DNA of 64,000 bases, from positions 89,716,001-89,780,000 of the forward strand of contig NC_045696.1 of the NCBI RefSeq assembly GCF_009834535.1, read 5' to 3'. The translations under genes were made by a program, and so were the position numbers. Numbering within the stretch: the first letter of the stretch is position 1; each line of letters begins with the position of its first letter. Below the pieces are notes generated by a model. That model was not told where the DNA came from, made no database searches, and saw nothing but the letters and a program-made list of their open reading frames with translations. Source of the DNA: Camelus ferus (Eukaryota). Positions 38,791-51,790 of this stretch are shown here, in pieces.

Positions 38791-39278
38791 GTGCACACAC
38801 ACACATACACTGGAATACTAGTTAGCCTTAAAAGAGAATGAAATCTTGCCATTTGCAACAACATGGACAGACCTTGAAGGTATTATGCTAAGTGAAATAA
38901 ATCAGACAAAGACAAATACCATATGATTTCATTTATATGTGGAATCTAAAAAAACAAACAAAATAAAGCAAACAAAACTCAGACTCACAGATACAGAGAA
39001 CAGACTGGTGACTGCCAGAGGGGACAGTGAGTTAAGGGGCAAAAAGGGTGAAGAGGATCTAGAGGTACCAGCTTCCAATCATAAAATAAATAAGTCATGG
39101 GGATGTAATGTACAGCATGAGGAGTACAGCCAATAATTTGTATTAACTTTGTATAGTGACAGATGGTAACTGGACTTATTGTGGTGATCATTTTACAATA
39201 TATACAAATGTCCAATCACTATGTTGTACACAGGAAACAAATATAATATTGTGTGTCATTATACTTCAATAAAAAAAG
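38791..39278 (+). mobile_element. L1 ORF2 terminus, 3'UTR and A-tail (L1MA9-derived/laurasiatherian type)
   Basis: GAATGAAATCTTGCCATTTGCAACAACATGG...CTATGTTGTACAC...CAATAAAAAAA. Confidence 0.92.
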
Positions 39279-39664
39279 ATAAGCGTATAAAATGCTAGAG
39301 GGGTAAGCTGGCCCCCCAAATTTATTAGAATCAGTTTTCTATTGAATGTATGTAGTTTTATTATAATTTCTTGGGATTTAAATTCTTTTACATGTAAATA
39401 CACTTTAGAACTCTATTGATACTTTCAGCAACCCACCATGATCTGTGTAAACATTACGGAAACCTTTCTTTCCACGGCAGGAAGGAGTTGGTTCTGGTTT
39501 TAGATGTGAGATATGATATGGGAGAAGAATTTCGGCAAAACAATTTCTGGTTAGCTCCCCAGTTAAAGGCTCTTTATGTTATTTCTTCATGACACTCACA
39601 ATCTTTAGTACAGAACTTTGTATTTTCTAAATGTGATTTAAAAACAATGAAAGTGGCAATTTCA

Positions 39665-40060
39665 TCTTTTATTGCCTGAAGTCGAGCCGCACCATTTTCT
39701 CCCAGATGATTGGTACGCTGCTCCTCTCTCTCTCCCCTGTCCATTGTCCTCCATGACCCTAAACTTAAGAGTCCCCAAACACAAATCTGAACAGTCTCTC
39801 CGTTCCTGAGCAGCCGCTGATGAATGGCTAGTGGCTAAAGGTCAAGTTCAAACTTCTAGTTCTACATAAAAGGCCCTGCACTTCTTGTATCAACTTATCT
39901 TTCCTTCCCCATCTCCCACTTTGTATCCTAATTACTCACTTTTCTAATTCTCTCCCTAGCAAGACGGCGAGTTTCTGTACCACAGAATAACCCTGTGTTA
40001 TTCCTCTTTTATCTGTGGTGCCTGGCACCACTGGTTATTCAGGAAATATTTGGTGAATTA
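39665..40060 (+). mobile_element. L2 LINE fragment
   Basis: AAGTTCAAACTTCT...AAGGCCCTGCA...GTGCCTGGCAC...AAATATTTGGTGAAT. Confidence 0.6.
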
Positions 40061-41589
40061 CTTTTAGACAACTAAATTCTGAATGATTTCTGGTGAGCGT
40101 GTCATATTAATCAAATGCTGAAAAGGTATAATTGCTGCTATTTGGTCAAAAGAGAGTTCACTTAGTAAAATGTTCAATCATTTTTTTTTCTTGAGAGTCA
40201 TGCCATTAACAGCCATTCTTGTGGCTAATGCTCTGGATACCTTATGAAAGAGCTGGGGTGAGGCTAAGCCAGTAGGACTGTGTCCAGGGGGCCAGGAAGA
40301 TCCCCTCGTGGCCTCCACCATCTGATTCCTGATGTGACAACAGCCATGCCTGAAATTACATGATATTGCCAGAGGAATATGTACATCTTTGAGAAAACAG
40401 CATCTATAAATGTCAGGATTTGAAATCTATATGGCTTTGTCACCAAGTCTTTACTGTTATTCACCGTGTAGAGTAAGGTTGATGAAAGGAAGACAAAATC
40501 TAGTCCATGGATTCAAGCTGGGAGAGGCCGCAGCTTCATGTGGTCTCATCTATCAGACTTGCCCAAAGAGAAGGGAACAAGCAAATACAAAGTTTATGAG
40601 CTGTTAAAAAAAAGACATGTCTCCCAAATGAAGAGAAGCACCTCCAAACAGCACTAAGCCTTCGGGAGTGACCTGTCCATAAGGGATATTATTCATCTGT
40701 CCCCTAATCTTGATTCATGCCAGGGAGAAACACTTCACCTCCAGCACTCTCCCTTGTTTCCATGGAGTGATGGAATAGTGCGCTCCTGAGGGAGGCAAAG
40801 GATGGGGGACACTTCTAGTGTCTCCCTAGTGGAGAAAGTATAATCAGTCTGATAGGTGAGTTTAGAGAAGGAACTGACCACACTCCACCTACCTCCTTGT
40901 ACAGTGTCTTTTCTTAGAGCCTGTCTATCTGCTTGTGTTTTCTGTCCCCCCTCCACGAGTGCTCTGCCCTGCGGGAGCCTGCACCTGGGAAACTCAGTAT
41001 GTGTAATTAAGAGGTGAATTTTAGAAAGGCCACTGTAGCCATCCATTTAAGGTCTGTGCACCTACCCAGGCCTTGTAATAAAGCTCTGATCACCATATGT
41101 CTGCCCGCCATAACTCACTTGATTAGAGATTTGGGAGGAGAATAAAATGCCATTTATGGTCCTTCACTGTTCTCCATTCCCAACACTACAGTCACCCATT
41201 AGGCCCACCCAAATGTAAACAACACAACAGATACCCATTCTTCACCCTTCGCGCGCACACACACACACAAATACAATACAATACAGATGAAATGAGCCTG
41301 CATCTCATCTGTCTTCCCTCTCCCCAGAAGTAAGCAGTATCACTAGGTTGGTGTGTCTCCATCCCAAGCAAAACTGAAACTGGGTTAGTAGTAGTTGGCT
41401 AGGAGACTTCTTTTTTCCTTTTGTACTTACATGTTAATTCCATTATTAAAATTTGTTTCCTCAAATTCACATTCACTGGATTTCTACAAACTGAAAATTT
41501 TCTGTATGAAGTTTGTTAGTGGAAATAATTAGTGGAAGGGCAGTGACCTGATTTATGGTTAATGATGGACTGCTGAAGTTTGAAATGGA

Positions 41590-41790
41590 TTAACTGTCAG
41601 GAGACTTGAGTCAAACTTGCTGTGTGACTATGAATAGGTCAGACTCTTATTCAATTTCCTTATCTGTAAAATGGGAAACCCCGCATACATCACATTAGCT
41701 TATAGGGTTCATGTGAGAACTGAACAATCATGTATATGAAATGCTTTGGAAAAAAAAACCAAGTGCTGCAGTGATATGCCTAGTTTTTCA
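41590..41790 (+). mobile_element. MIR SINE
   Basis: GTCAGGAGACTTGAG...GCTGTGTGAC...TTTCCTTATCTGTAAAATGGG. Confidence 0.8.
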
Positions 41791-43079
41791 AATGAATTAA
41801 TATATCAACTAGGAAGAACAAAAAGCAGACAGTATACTAATCTTGTTATATGTGGTCATTAAATTTTAGAATTGTATGTGAAATTGAGTAAGAAGCATCA
41901 CTTTAACGAAAAAAAGGAAGGTATTATTTCGTTATACCACATGGTTTACTAGTAGAGAATTCACAAGTATATGATATTTGCATACATTGAGAACAACACC
42001 TAAGTAATTAATACAGAAATAGAAGTCCACAGTCTTGCACCATATTTCAAATGCTGACACTGTTTTTCTGGTTACCCTGGTTAAGTGGTAATTAGATAAT
42101 CTAAGTGTCCACTGCCTTCTTTATCAGCAACAAAATGTGAATATGCTTTTCAGGAAAATGGTGATGATAGGGGTTTATAAAGCAAGGGAGTCTGTCCTAA
42201 ATTAGTGAAGCTACAGAACTTTTTTAGTCTCTAAACTTTAAAATCAGTCACCTGTTTACCATCCTGTTGTAACAGACAATGAAATAGATGTCCCCAGTTG
42301 GGGGCAGTAAGCTTGAACAGCCACGGCAACAGGGGAGAACACAGGAGAATTAAATGTCACAGTCCATGAGTTTCTGGTCGAACACTGAATAAACAATACA
42401 GCTTCTTCCCCAAAGAACAAAATACCACTTTGTCTTGGTCCCAGATAGCTGAGATTTTCCAGAAAAATACTGAATTTATAAACTTTGTTTTTCCGAAAAA
42501 TCCCACACTTCAATAATGGCTTGTGTGTATTCCTATCAAGAGCATTGCTAATAATTAACTGATTCAAACAAAGAGAAGACTTAAAGACCTAATTTGTGAT
42601 TGGGACCTGGAATGGCCCAAACAAGTAGCCCAGCTTTCATCTGTAAACAATTCAACCTGTGAGTATATGATGAAATTATCAAAAACGGGGTTGGGGGACC
42701 CCCAAATAACATTTTACTTTTTAGGCAAATATTCTACCACTAAAAGGGCCAACAATTTGCAACTTATTAGCAGATACTGGGGTCAGTAACATTTTTGGTC
42801 TTTTTTTTCCTTTCGGACATGAAATAATACTTGTTTTCAAGGAAACCATAATGTTCTGATACAGTCAGTGAGCTAAATACTTAAGGAATGTCAACAATAT
42901 AAATCTTAATACAAGTGAGTGCTGGAGAGGACAGTTCGAAATGCCCGGGACATATCTGGGGTCCTTCAGTATTCTGGGGGGAAAAAGTGTTTTCCCCTGG
43001 AACAGAACACATATTCTGAGTGGCGTTTCACGTGCATCCATTTGTTACTTTGAAATCAGAGTGTCTAAACCGAATTTAG

Positions 43080-43230
43080 GGCAGTAATACGGAAATAGCC
43101 CTGGACTAGAAGCAGCAAAGATTTCATTCCTACTTCAGGCTCTTCCATCAACTGTTTGACTCTTGACAAGTCACTTTCCTTCTCTGGGAGTCACTTTTTT
43201 AAATCTAGAAAGTGAGGCAATAAACTAAAC
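43080..43230 (+). mobile_element. MIR/MIR3 SINE
   Basis: GCCCTGGACTAGAAG...TGACTCTTGACAAGTCACTTTCCTTCTCTGGG. Confidence 0.7.
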
Positions 43231-43324
43231 ATGACTGATAAGCATGTGGTTGACCAAGTGACTGAATCTGTGGCTTACTACATTGATGTGTCAAAATGAG
43301 AAACCTGGGTACAGAACAAACCTA

Positions 43325-43485
43325 AGCTCCTCAGCTTCCCTGGGCCTCAGTTTTCTCATTTACAAAATGAGTGCAGTGCTGTATCACTGGATTATTGATT
43401 ATCAAGTGACATGAGGCACAGAAAACACCTAGCACAATGCCTTTCACAAGCTACATATTTAGAAATTGGAAGCTATGACTATTAG
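43325..43485 (+). mobile_element. MIR SINE
   Basis: CTGGGCCTCAGTTTTCTCATTTACAAAATG...CCTAGCACAATGCCT. Confidence 0.75.
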
Positions 43486-43515
43486 GATGTGCCAGATGTT
43501 CTGAATACTTTATCC

Positions 43516-43640
43516 CAGTGGTTCACAAACTTTAGCATCAAAGTCACTTGAAGGTGATGCTAGAGAATTTGCATTCCTAGCAAAGTCCCATGTGATGCAG
43601 AGGCTGCTGATCCAGGAACCCCACTTTGAGAATCTTGGCT
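43516..43640. mobile_element. MER5A-like hAT-Charlie element (internally deleted)
   Basis: CAGTGGTTCACAAACTTTAGC...GAATTTGCATTCCTAGCAAAG...CCACTTTGAGAA. Confidence 0.8.
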
Positions 43641-43765
43641 TTATTTCCTTTAATTTCCATGAAAGCCGTCTGTTAGAGGTAATATTATTTCAACTGAGAG
43701 GCTGGTAACTCATCCCAGGTCCAACAGCTGGTTAAGTGAGTACTTTCCCTTGTGACTGAATATCA

Positions 43766-43918
43766 TTTTTTTTTTAATTTTGTAAGATTTTAATAATTTT
43801 TTGGGGGGGAGTTAATTAGGTTTACTTATTTATTTTTGCAGGAGGTACTGGGGATTGAACCTAGGACCTTGTGTATGCTAAGCATGCGCTCTACCACTTG
43901 AGCTGTACCCTCCCCACC
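43766..43918 (-). mobile_element. Camelid tRNA-derived SINE (Vic-1 type)
   Basis: Minus strand reads GGGGAGGGTACAGCTCAAGTGGTAGAGCGCATGCTTAGCAT...GGTTCAATCCCCAGTACCTCC (A and B boxes), then an AATAAATAAGTAAACCTAATTAAC tail and A-rich end. TSD core TGAATATC at 43757-43764 and 43920-43927. Confidence 0.92.
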
Positions 43919-44778
43919 TTGAATATCCTTTAAATACAACTTTTTTAAATGGTTGAATGAGACTCTATTACTGATGTTTTTTATTTTCTAATAATTTTTA
44001 AAAAACATTCTAATGCTTCTGAAATTAGTATATGCAAAACGATCGGTGTCAAGGGAATACACAGGTGACCAGGAAGAGGAGTACACTGTACAGTAGTTGT
44101 CATTACCTGACACTATGTGATCCTACCTAAGAGTAGGAGTCATCTGTCCATCTGAGTATCATCTCAGTCAATTTAACAACACCAAATACATTTGAATTTT
44201 AACTTAAATATGGATTCCTAATGATTTCCTAATGACTTCAAAAATATCACAATATGACAGGGCTTTGAAAAGAAAAGTTACTGTGTATGCAGAAGAAAGC
44301 CTGCCATATCCTATGTGATGGAATTAAAGGCAGTAGAAATTGTCGAATTCTTTAGAGTAGATCATAGCATTTTCAAAGCTGGGAGAATAGCTGTGCCTGA
44401 TTTATGCATGGTGATGGTCTATCACTCAGGCATTGAACATCTCTGTCAAAAACTTCCAAATTGCTCTGAAGAGAAGCTATTTAATATATGGTGTGAGTAA
44501 TTCAGGAGACGAAAGAAGAACTATGAGTTTAACCAAAGAGAAAATGCAGACAGAACTAGGATACTTTTTCAGGTACCTAGAAACTGAATGGGCCTGGGTT
44601 AGATAAGCCATTGTCCTTGCTGAGCCATACAAGTTGCCTCGGGGCCACAAGACCCAGATGTAATTTTATCCTAGAAGAGCAGATAAAGAAGGCTCCAACC
44701 TCAATTCTAAGAGTGTGTAATCGTACAGGTAAATTGCAATATTGGTTAATAAAAATATTTGATGAATATGTAACATAA

Positions 44779-44839
44779 ACTGTGTCTTTTCCCCCAAAGA
44801 AGCCTGTGAAATACTGTGTCTTTTCCCCCAAAGAAGCCT
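44779..44839. repeat. Perfect 27-bp direct repeat with 7-bp spacer
   Basis: ACTGTGTCTTTTCCCCCAAAGAAGCCT at 44779-44805 and 44813-44839. Confidence 0.95.
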
Positions 44840-45989
44840 ACAATAGATAGCATCTAAGGATCAAGAAATATGATATATATTTGCATCCTTTCTTTAGTCA
44901 TTCTCTTGTGTGCTTAGTAATTTCCATTTGTTCTATTACAAACAGGACTACTATGAGCATATTGGTACTGAAACAGTTTTTTGTAACTGATTTCTTTCAA
45001 GTAAGTGTGACTTAGTCTTGAAAAAGGGGGATTTTTGAAGATGTGTAGGTAGGAAAACAATATTCTTCCTTTTCCCCAGCATTGGAGGATGGACATTCCT
45101 GAATTTCCATGTAAAGAATCCATCAAATGGCTGACTCTTCCTCCACTCAGCTCTGTGAATTTTTGCTTTAGGAAGAAGAAACCAGAGACCAACTCTGTTC
45201 CCTTTTCCTCTGACATTTATCTAAGTAAATGATGATATTATTTTAGTTACTCTTCCTAACCTTTTCTTTCTTTTGCAACCAGAGGCAATTTTGTCTCATA
45301 ATATAAGGAATTATTGGTTATTCTTCTTTTGCATGTTTTCATACATGGATAGAACTGCTGCCCTTTGAATAAGACAATTATTCCCCTAAAAGATAGAAAT
45401 GAGTTTACTTCCCCTATGGTTCTGCAGTAATTATATAAACAAAATTTTAGAATGCAAGTGAGAATAGCAAAATAGAAAGAGCGGTTGGCAGAGTTAATTG
45501 GCTGATCTTCTTATGTAGATCTAATTTGGGATGTCAATTGAATTTTTGGAAATCATTGCTTATTTCCTCTGAGAATTATTTATTGCTCTGTGTAATTTGA
45601 ATGTATAATATATAGTTTGTTCACTTCTGCATTATAGCTTGATTGAGAAAAACTATTTGTCAGGGAGAAATAAAAAAAAATATTCTGAAGCTGTTTTTTA
45701 CCCTTCCAGTATCGGTTTAGAGAAAATATACAGATGTAAAATGAGACATAATGAATTGCCAGATCTATCATGGTTTCATTATTGCCTGACATTGGAGAGT
45801 CAGCAGAGGCACAGTGGGAAGAGTACTTCGAGGGTGTGAGCTTTGTTCTGGGTTTTGCCACTTGCTAGCTGAGACCTTAGCAAACTCAGTCCTCAACTTC
45901 AACCATGGAAAACAATGAAATTGATAATAGGGTTTCCTTCCTTCCTTCCTTCTCATCTTCGTGGTCTTCCATCCTCATCCTCTTCGTTT

Positions 45990-46200
45990 AGGAGCTAGTA
46001 CACTGGCTTTGGAATTAGACAAACATTGGCATCTTAACTCTGCTGTGCGATGACACTGGCAATTTGCCTGACCACTCTGGGCCTCAGTTTCCTCCACTGT
46101 AACATGGTAGCAATATGTACTGGCAGGGTGATGGCAAAGATTAAGTGAGACAGTCTATGTAAGCAGCTGCTATGACAGGCACATATTAGACCCTCAATAT
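45990..46200 (+). mobile_element. MIR SINE
   Basis: GGCTTTGGAATTAGAC...CTCTGGGCCTCAGTTTCCTC...GATTAAGTGAGA. Confidence 0.85.
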
Positions 46201-46271
46201 ATGATAACTTGTCTCATAATATGGCTGTGCAAAGCACGTGACAGAACATTTATAGAAGCCCTTTCTCTACA

Positions 46272-46886
46272 ATAGCCGAGACATGGAAGCAACCTAAATG
46301 TACATCGACAGATGACTGGATAAAGATGTGCTATATATATCACATGTGATGTGTACATGTGTGTATGTGTGTGTGTGTGTGTGTGTGTATATAAACTGTG
46401 TATATATGAATATAGAGAATGTGTGTGTGTGTGTGTATATACACACAATGGAATACTACTCAGCCATAAAAGAATGAAATAACGCCATTTGCAGCAATAT
46501 AGGTGGACCTAGAGATTATCATACTAAATGAAGTAAACCAGAAAGATGGAGACAAATATCATATATCATTAATATATGTGTAATCTAAAAAAATGATAGA
46601 GACATTTACAGAATAGAGAGACTCACAGACATAGAAAATAAATTTATGGTTACCAAAGGGTTAAATTTTGGTTAAATCCTTTGGTTAAATTAAAGGATAA
46701 ATAAGGAGTTTGGGAATTGCAGATACTAACTACTATACATAAAATAGACAAACAAGTTCCAACTGTATAGCACAGGGAACTACATTCAATATCTCGCAGT
46801 AACTTATAATGAAAAAGAATATATATACATATAACTGAATCTAACACAACATTGTAAATCAACTATACTATTGGAAAAAAAAAAAA
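46272..46886 (+). mobile_element. 5'-truncated artiodactyl-type L1 3' end with TSD
   Basis: ATAGCCGAGACATGGAAGCAACCTAAATG...poly-A. TSD AAGCCCTTTCTC(T/C)ACA at 46256-46271 and 46887-46902. Confidence 0.95.
46358..46446. repeat. Compound (TG)n/(TA)n microsatellite inside the L1
   Basis: Two (TG)n runs with TA-rich flanks. Confidence 0.9.
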
Positions 46887-47809
46887 AAGCCCTTTCTCCA
46901 CATAAAGAGTGGTGTAAACTTGAAATGTGGAAGGAGTTACCCTCTGGCTCATCCTTATGTCTGTCTTTCTCAAAAGTGTAGCGCCTGGGGCTCAGCCCTG
47001 ACACTGCTCTCTTTCTGCCTGCCCAGAACTTATGAAGTGTCTACTTCAAACTACTACTAATTTTAGTAAGTTTATAAACTCATAAATCAAATGAGTCTTA
47101 TCATTGAATAATTCCCCTGAAATTGAAATTCAAGCTAGGATCTTACCTGGTAAAGCTGAGAATTATCTTAAAAGTCAGATTCTAAACGTCTTGGTGTAGA
47201 ACCATACCCACTTACTCAATCAACTCTCCTTCCCTTCTTGGCATCTTTCTGTATAACTGGTCATATTGCCAGTTATCTTACAGATGAGAATCTAAGATTA
47301 ATTCATCTCACTGCAGCCTATGACAGCCAAGCCTGCCTCCCGTGGTCTTCAGTGTAACTCTTAGACAGAATTAATTTCCTCCTCATATAGGAGGGCTCCT
47401 TTCTATATCCACAACTTTGATAGAAGTAAATAGAACATCAGTTTAATCTTAGGTTCATTATTTCCCCAGTGTTTTAATTTTTGTATGCACTTGAACATTT
47501 ATCTTAGCACTGACAAGCTGTAAGCACATTACAAATATTAGTTGGATAAGTGATTGAATGAAGTTGAATCAAGTGTGTGCATGTGTGTGCACGTGCTGTT
47601 TGGTAACATACCTATCTACAAGGATTCATTTAATTACTCTTACTTCTGTTTTATATTCCTGATATTTCTTTATTTTTTTTATGTCAACCTATGGTACTTA
47701 CAGATGTCGGTTATTATCTGAAAGTAAAAATTGTGTACAGTTTTATTTTGAACCTGAAGAAGGTTAGATTTAAGACATTAAAGAATTATCCAACAAATAC
47801 ATGAATGCA

Positions 47810-48380
47810 TTTTCATGGAAAGATTCAAATTACAAAAATGTATCTCAGCAAAATGCTAAAGATCTCTTCATTCAACCCCTCTGCTCCTCAGAAGTAACCA
47901 GAATTGACAATCTAGTGTACATCCTTCCATTTTCCTTTCTACAAAAGTACAAACATACATAAATATATACAAATACATAGATTTTTCGTATAAGAGAGAC
48001 CATACTATACCATATGTACTGTTCTACTATGTTGAGCAACGTGTCTCGGACTCTTTCTACTATCTCTGTACTACTGATCCTCTGTTTTAGTGGGTATAGA
48101 ACAATCTAAAGTGTGGCCATCTCGTAGTTTCTTTGATCACTTGGTTCACAATAAACATTTAGACTTTACCCCCTAATTTTTGGCTGTCATAGGCCATACT
48201 GCAGAACTGAACATTTGCTGTTGTATGTATGCACAAGCGTTTCAGTAGGACAGATTCCTACTAGGCATGGATGCTGGTCCTAGAGCATATACGGTTAAAA
48301 TGCTGACACACGCCACCACATTGCTCTCCCCTAGAGCTTAGCCAATTATTTATACTCTCGCCAATAATTTTGCAGAGAGC
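47810..48380 (-). mobile_element. L1ME-type 3' fragment
   Basis: CTCAGAAGTAACCA...ATAAACATTTAG...GGACAGATTCCTA...ATGCTGGTC. Confidence 0.65.
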
Positions 48381-50494
48381 CCAGAGAAAGGCATTTCCAC
48401 CCTAAAGAGGAAGATGGTTAATTATCTTCTCATTACAAGTCCTGGCGTGATAAATTCAGTGATTGTATGTACACTGATTGTGTATGTAATGCAATGAGCT
48501 AGCGCAGGATATTGGCTCCTTCACATCAGATTAATATTAAAAATATCCCCTTAAATAAATTAACATTTCTGATTTAGTGTTTTCACCTAGCAGGACTACA
48601 GGTTCATAGAGACAGACAGAGTGGACATTGGCTGAAGGATAGGGTAATGCAAACACTTACTAGTCATCAGGATATGAGTATCAGCGCCTCATTGTTAAAC
48701 AAAATTTAAAAGGAATAGATTCAAAAAGTGTTGCATGATTAAAATAAAAGATAGAAAGGACTTTTATATTGCTTAAGCAAAATGCAAAATTAATCAGTGT
48801 TATGGCTTGCCTTCTATCACAGCATACAGAGGAGCAGGAGCAATTAAAACATTACATTAGCCAACACTTATGAATTTGGACTATAAGCATGTACTGAAAA
48901 AAGACCCTAGAGAAACATGGAGGCTTAGAATTATCTTTTTATTCAACATGTGCTCTATTATCTTGGGAACTCCAGAATCAGTGGCAAAACTCTCACAGCT
49001 AGGCTAATTACTTTAATAAGACCCACTTTATTTAAAAATAAATCCAAAAGAAGAAGCCAGAATTGGACCTGCTGACAAATATTTTTCCTCTTCATGGTGT
49101 TTTTTTTTTCCAGTGGCATCGCATCATGGGTTCCTGACCTTCACTTCGACGGTACCAAGGAGCAGCATAATTCTTGGCAAATGCACGCAGTAGGATGGCT
49201 GTTTTCTATGGGGCTGTCCAGTCTACTTTCTGAGCCCTTTCTCCCCAGATACCTAGTTTCCTCATAGTTGCCAGTGCTTCCCCCTATGGAGTCATCTGCC
49301 TTGTCAGCTCTGCCCTCCTCAGACCCCCCTTCTTCATTCCCACATCACACCCCCTTCATTAGCTGGGGACAGCATTCACTGACGCCTGCTCTGTGCCCAG
49401 CTGCCCGCATCATGCCAAGTCCTTGGATGCAGGAAGAAAGCCCAGTTACTGCTCTCAGGAAAGCTTCAACCTAGTGGAATTTTCTACAGTTAATCTGATA
49501 AACTTATTTAAGATCAAGTGTTATGGAAGTCTAGCTGATATGTCACTAACAGCATTCATAATTTAACAAGACCTTAGAAGACTCAGTTGTAATATTAAAA
49601 ACTTCAGCCACTGCGTCAAGGCCCATGGAGCGCACTTTTTATTTTCCCATGTGTTGAGAGCCCCTTTCATACCCAGAAGGTGACTCTGTCTCCTTTTGAG
49701 ATCCCCTCTAGCAAACAAGAATAGACATTTTTCTGAGGTGGGCTTATATCACACAGACCTGTTACAGATGTTAACATTTATTTTTTGTATTTATGGCGCC
49801 AATCTCAGTTTTATGCATTTGATTTATCTTCCCTTCTCAGGCAGAGAATTCACAGCAATACCTAAGGCCTGTGTGGAGTTAGGCCAAGCTTATTTGAATA
49901 GGATTTATATTTCAGTCAAGTGCTCCCCTCTTCACATGGAAGAAAGCAGCTCCAACCATGAAATTCAGGGCTCCTGTTCATTGCATCACCTGAGCTGTGC
50001 TTTGTGCAAAAAAGAGCCCTGAGGACGGGGTGGTGGTGGGGTCCATACTGCTGTGGGGATGTCCATGCGTTACCCTGGGGAGACAGACCCCCAGCCATGA
50101 ATCACGGGGATAAATCTGAGAGAGAAGTCTGTCAGCCTGGACAACCAAGGCAGTTGCAAATCTCAGAAAAGCAAACTGATTAAACCAGACCAAAAACCAA
50201 TCACCAGAGATACGAACTGCCTTTCTCAAGTGCAGGCTGGCATTTCCATTTCCTGCAAGGAAAGCAAGAAAAGCCAGCAGTACCTTACTCCACATGTACT
50301 ATACCCCTAAGAATTTGCTAAGAGGATAGATCTCATATTATCTGTTCTTACCACATATACACAGGAAAAGGAAGCAGCCTGAATCTTAGAATTACTAGAA
50401 TTTTCAGTGCAAAGTCATCTTCTGAAGTGACTCGAACAGATCTCTGCTCTGCTGGATGGGCCGCCAGCTCATTCTCACCTGCAGCCCCTTGGGG

Positions 50495-50915
50495 AGTCCA
50501 GATCCCAGGGCTAGCTGCCAAACAGTTCTCGACTCTCCCTTCTTCCTGACTACTAGAATCCCAGTTTCGTTTGGGGCAATAGTATGTCCAGTTAAACATT
50601 TCCTCCACCCCTCCTTGCAGCCAGGGGTTGCTATGTAACCTAGCTCTGGCTTATGAGATGCAAATAGAAGTTGCTGCCCCACCCACCTCCTTCCTTCCTG
50701 GAGCCTGTTCTCACAACAGCCTGAAGACAAAAGTTACACACTGAGGAAGAAACAGCAGGTAAACAGAAGGTACTCATGCCTCTGATGCTGCTGTTGAGCT
50801 GCTGAACCAGCTCAGGATTGCCTTCCCTGCATCTTCTCCTTTATGAGAGAAAAAATCCTCATGGGTTAAGGTCTAGATTTCTGATACTTGCTGCAGAAAG
50901 CAGATCATTGACAGG
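50495..50915 (+). mobile_element. Ancient MaLR/ERVL solo LTR (MLT1J-like)
   Basis: CTCCCTTCTTCCTGACTACTAGAATCCC, CCTTGCAGCCAGGGGTTGCTATGTAAC, GTTGAGCTGCTGAACCA, ACTTGCTGCAGAAAGC. Confidence 0.78.
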
Positions 50916-51219
50916 ACCACTTTCCTGAGGCAATGCCTTCTTTTGGCATTGTGTTTCTGGGACTTCAAAAGTAATGAGACCTTTAAGTTCCCAAGTTTAT
51001 GGTACGCACACCCAGCATTCCCGGGAAGGAGTAACTATTAAAGGTTTCTACAGGCTGCAGATAGAGATTGGAGGAAAGGACTCACTGGTCCATCTTGTCC
51101 AGAAGAACAAAAATAGTAATGATGAAGCTGGCAGCTCACAGTGCTATTACATTACATTACTCATAGTGCACAGATTACAGAATATTTCAGAAAACAATGC
51201 ATCTGCCTACTACGCCTAA

Positions 51220-51790
51220 AGAACTTCATAAAAATTAACTCTAAATTCACCTGGTAACTCTGCAATGGAGGTTTTATGGTGCCTGTTAGACAAATAAGGA
51301 GACAGAGAGTAACTTGCTCAAGATCACAGAGCTATGTAAGTGGAAAGGCTAGGGTTCAAACTCTCCATTGGATGCCCAAACCCTATTCTTTCAGCAATGT
51401 TTCCCATAAGCATATTACATTATTTTCTCCTCATAACAATCTCATAAGATAATTATATTTCCCATTTTACCTAGGAGAAAGTTAGTGCTCCAAGATGTTT
51501 AGTTCCTGGCCCCAAATCTCACAACGAAACACTTTAGTTTCCAAAAACACCACTCTTTCTGCTCCACCAAAATGCAGCCCCTCAAAGATTTCTGGGATGT
51601 TTTTCCCTCCACTAATATTTATTAGTGTTTACTAGGTGCCTGGTCCTATGTGTTACTCCTGTTTTACAGATGAGGAAACTGACCCTCAGAGAGGAAGTAA
51701 TTATTCTAAGCCACCCAGAGAAGTAAGTGGGTGGCTGGAGATCTGAACCCAAGCGGGCTGACTCCACGCCCCTCAGACACTATGATGGCA
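51220..51790 (-). mobile_element. Cluster of three antisense MIR fragments
   Basis: GTAACTTGCTCAAGATCACA (about 51310), CCCATTTTACCTAGGAGAAA (about 51460), TTTTACAGATGAGGAAACTGA (about 51662). Confidence 0.8.

Noticed and set aside
43841..43915. Functional tRNA-Ala gene
   Set aside because: The tRNA-like head is followed by a SINE tail and flanked by a TSD, so it is a SINE copy.
44315..44500. 61-aa ORF ending near a GTGAGT donor-like site as a coding exon
   Set aside because: Peptide not recognised and no convincing upstream acceptor. It may be an ancient repeat remnant.
49980..49988. Perfect C/EBP-ATF element (ATTGCATCA)
   Set aside because: A single 9-mer in 64 kb is compatible with chance, and there is no supporting context.
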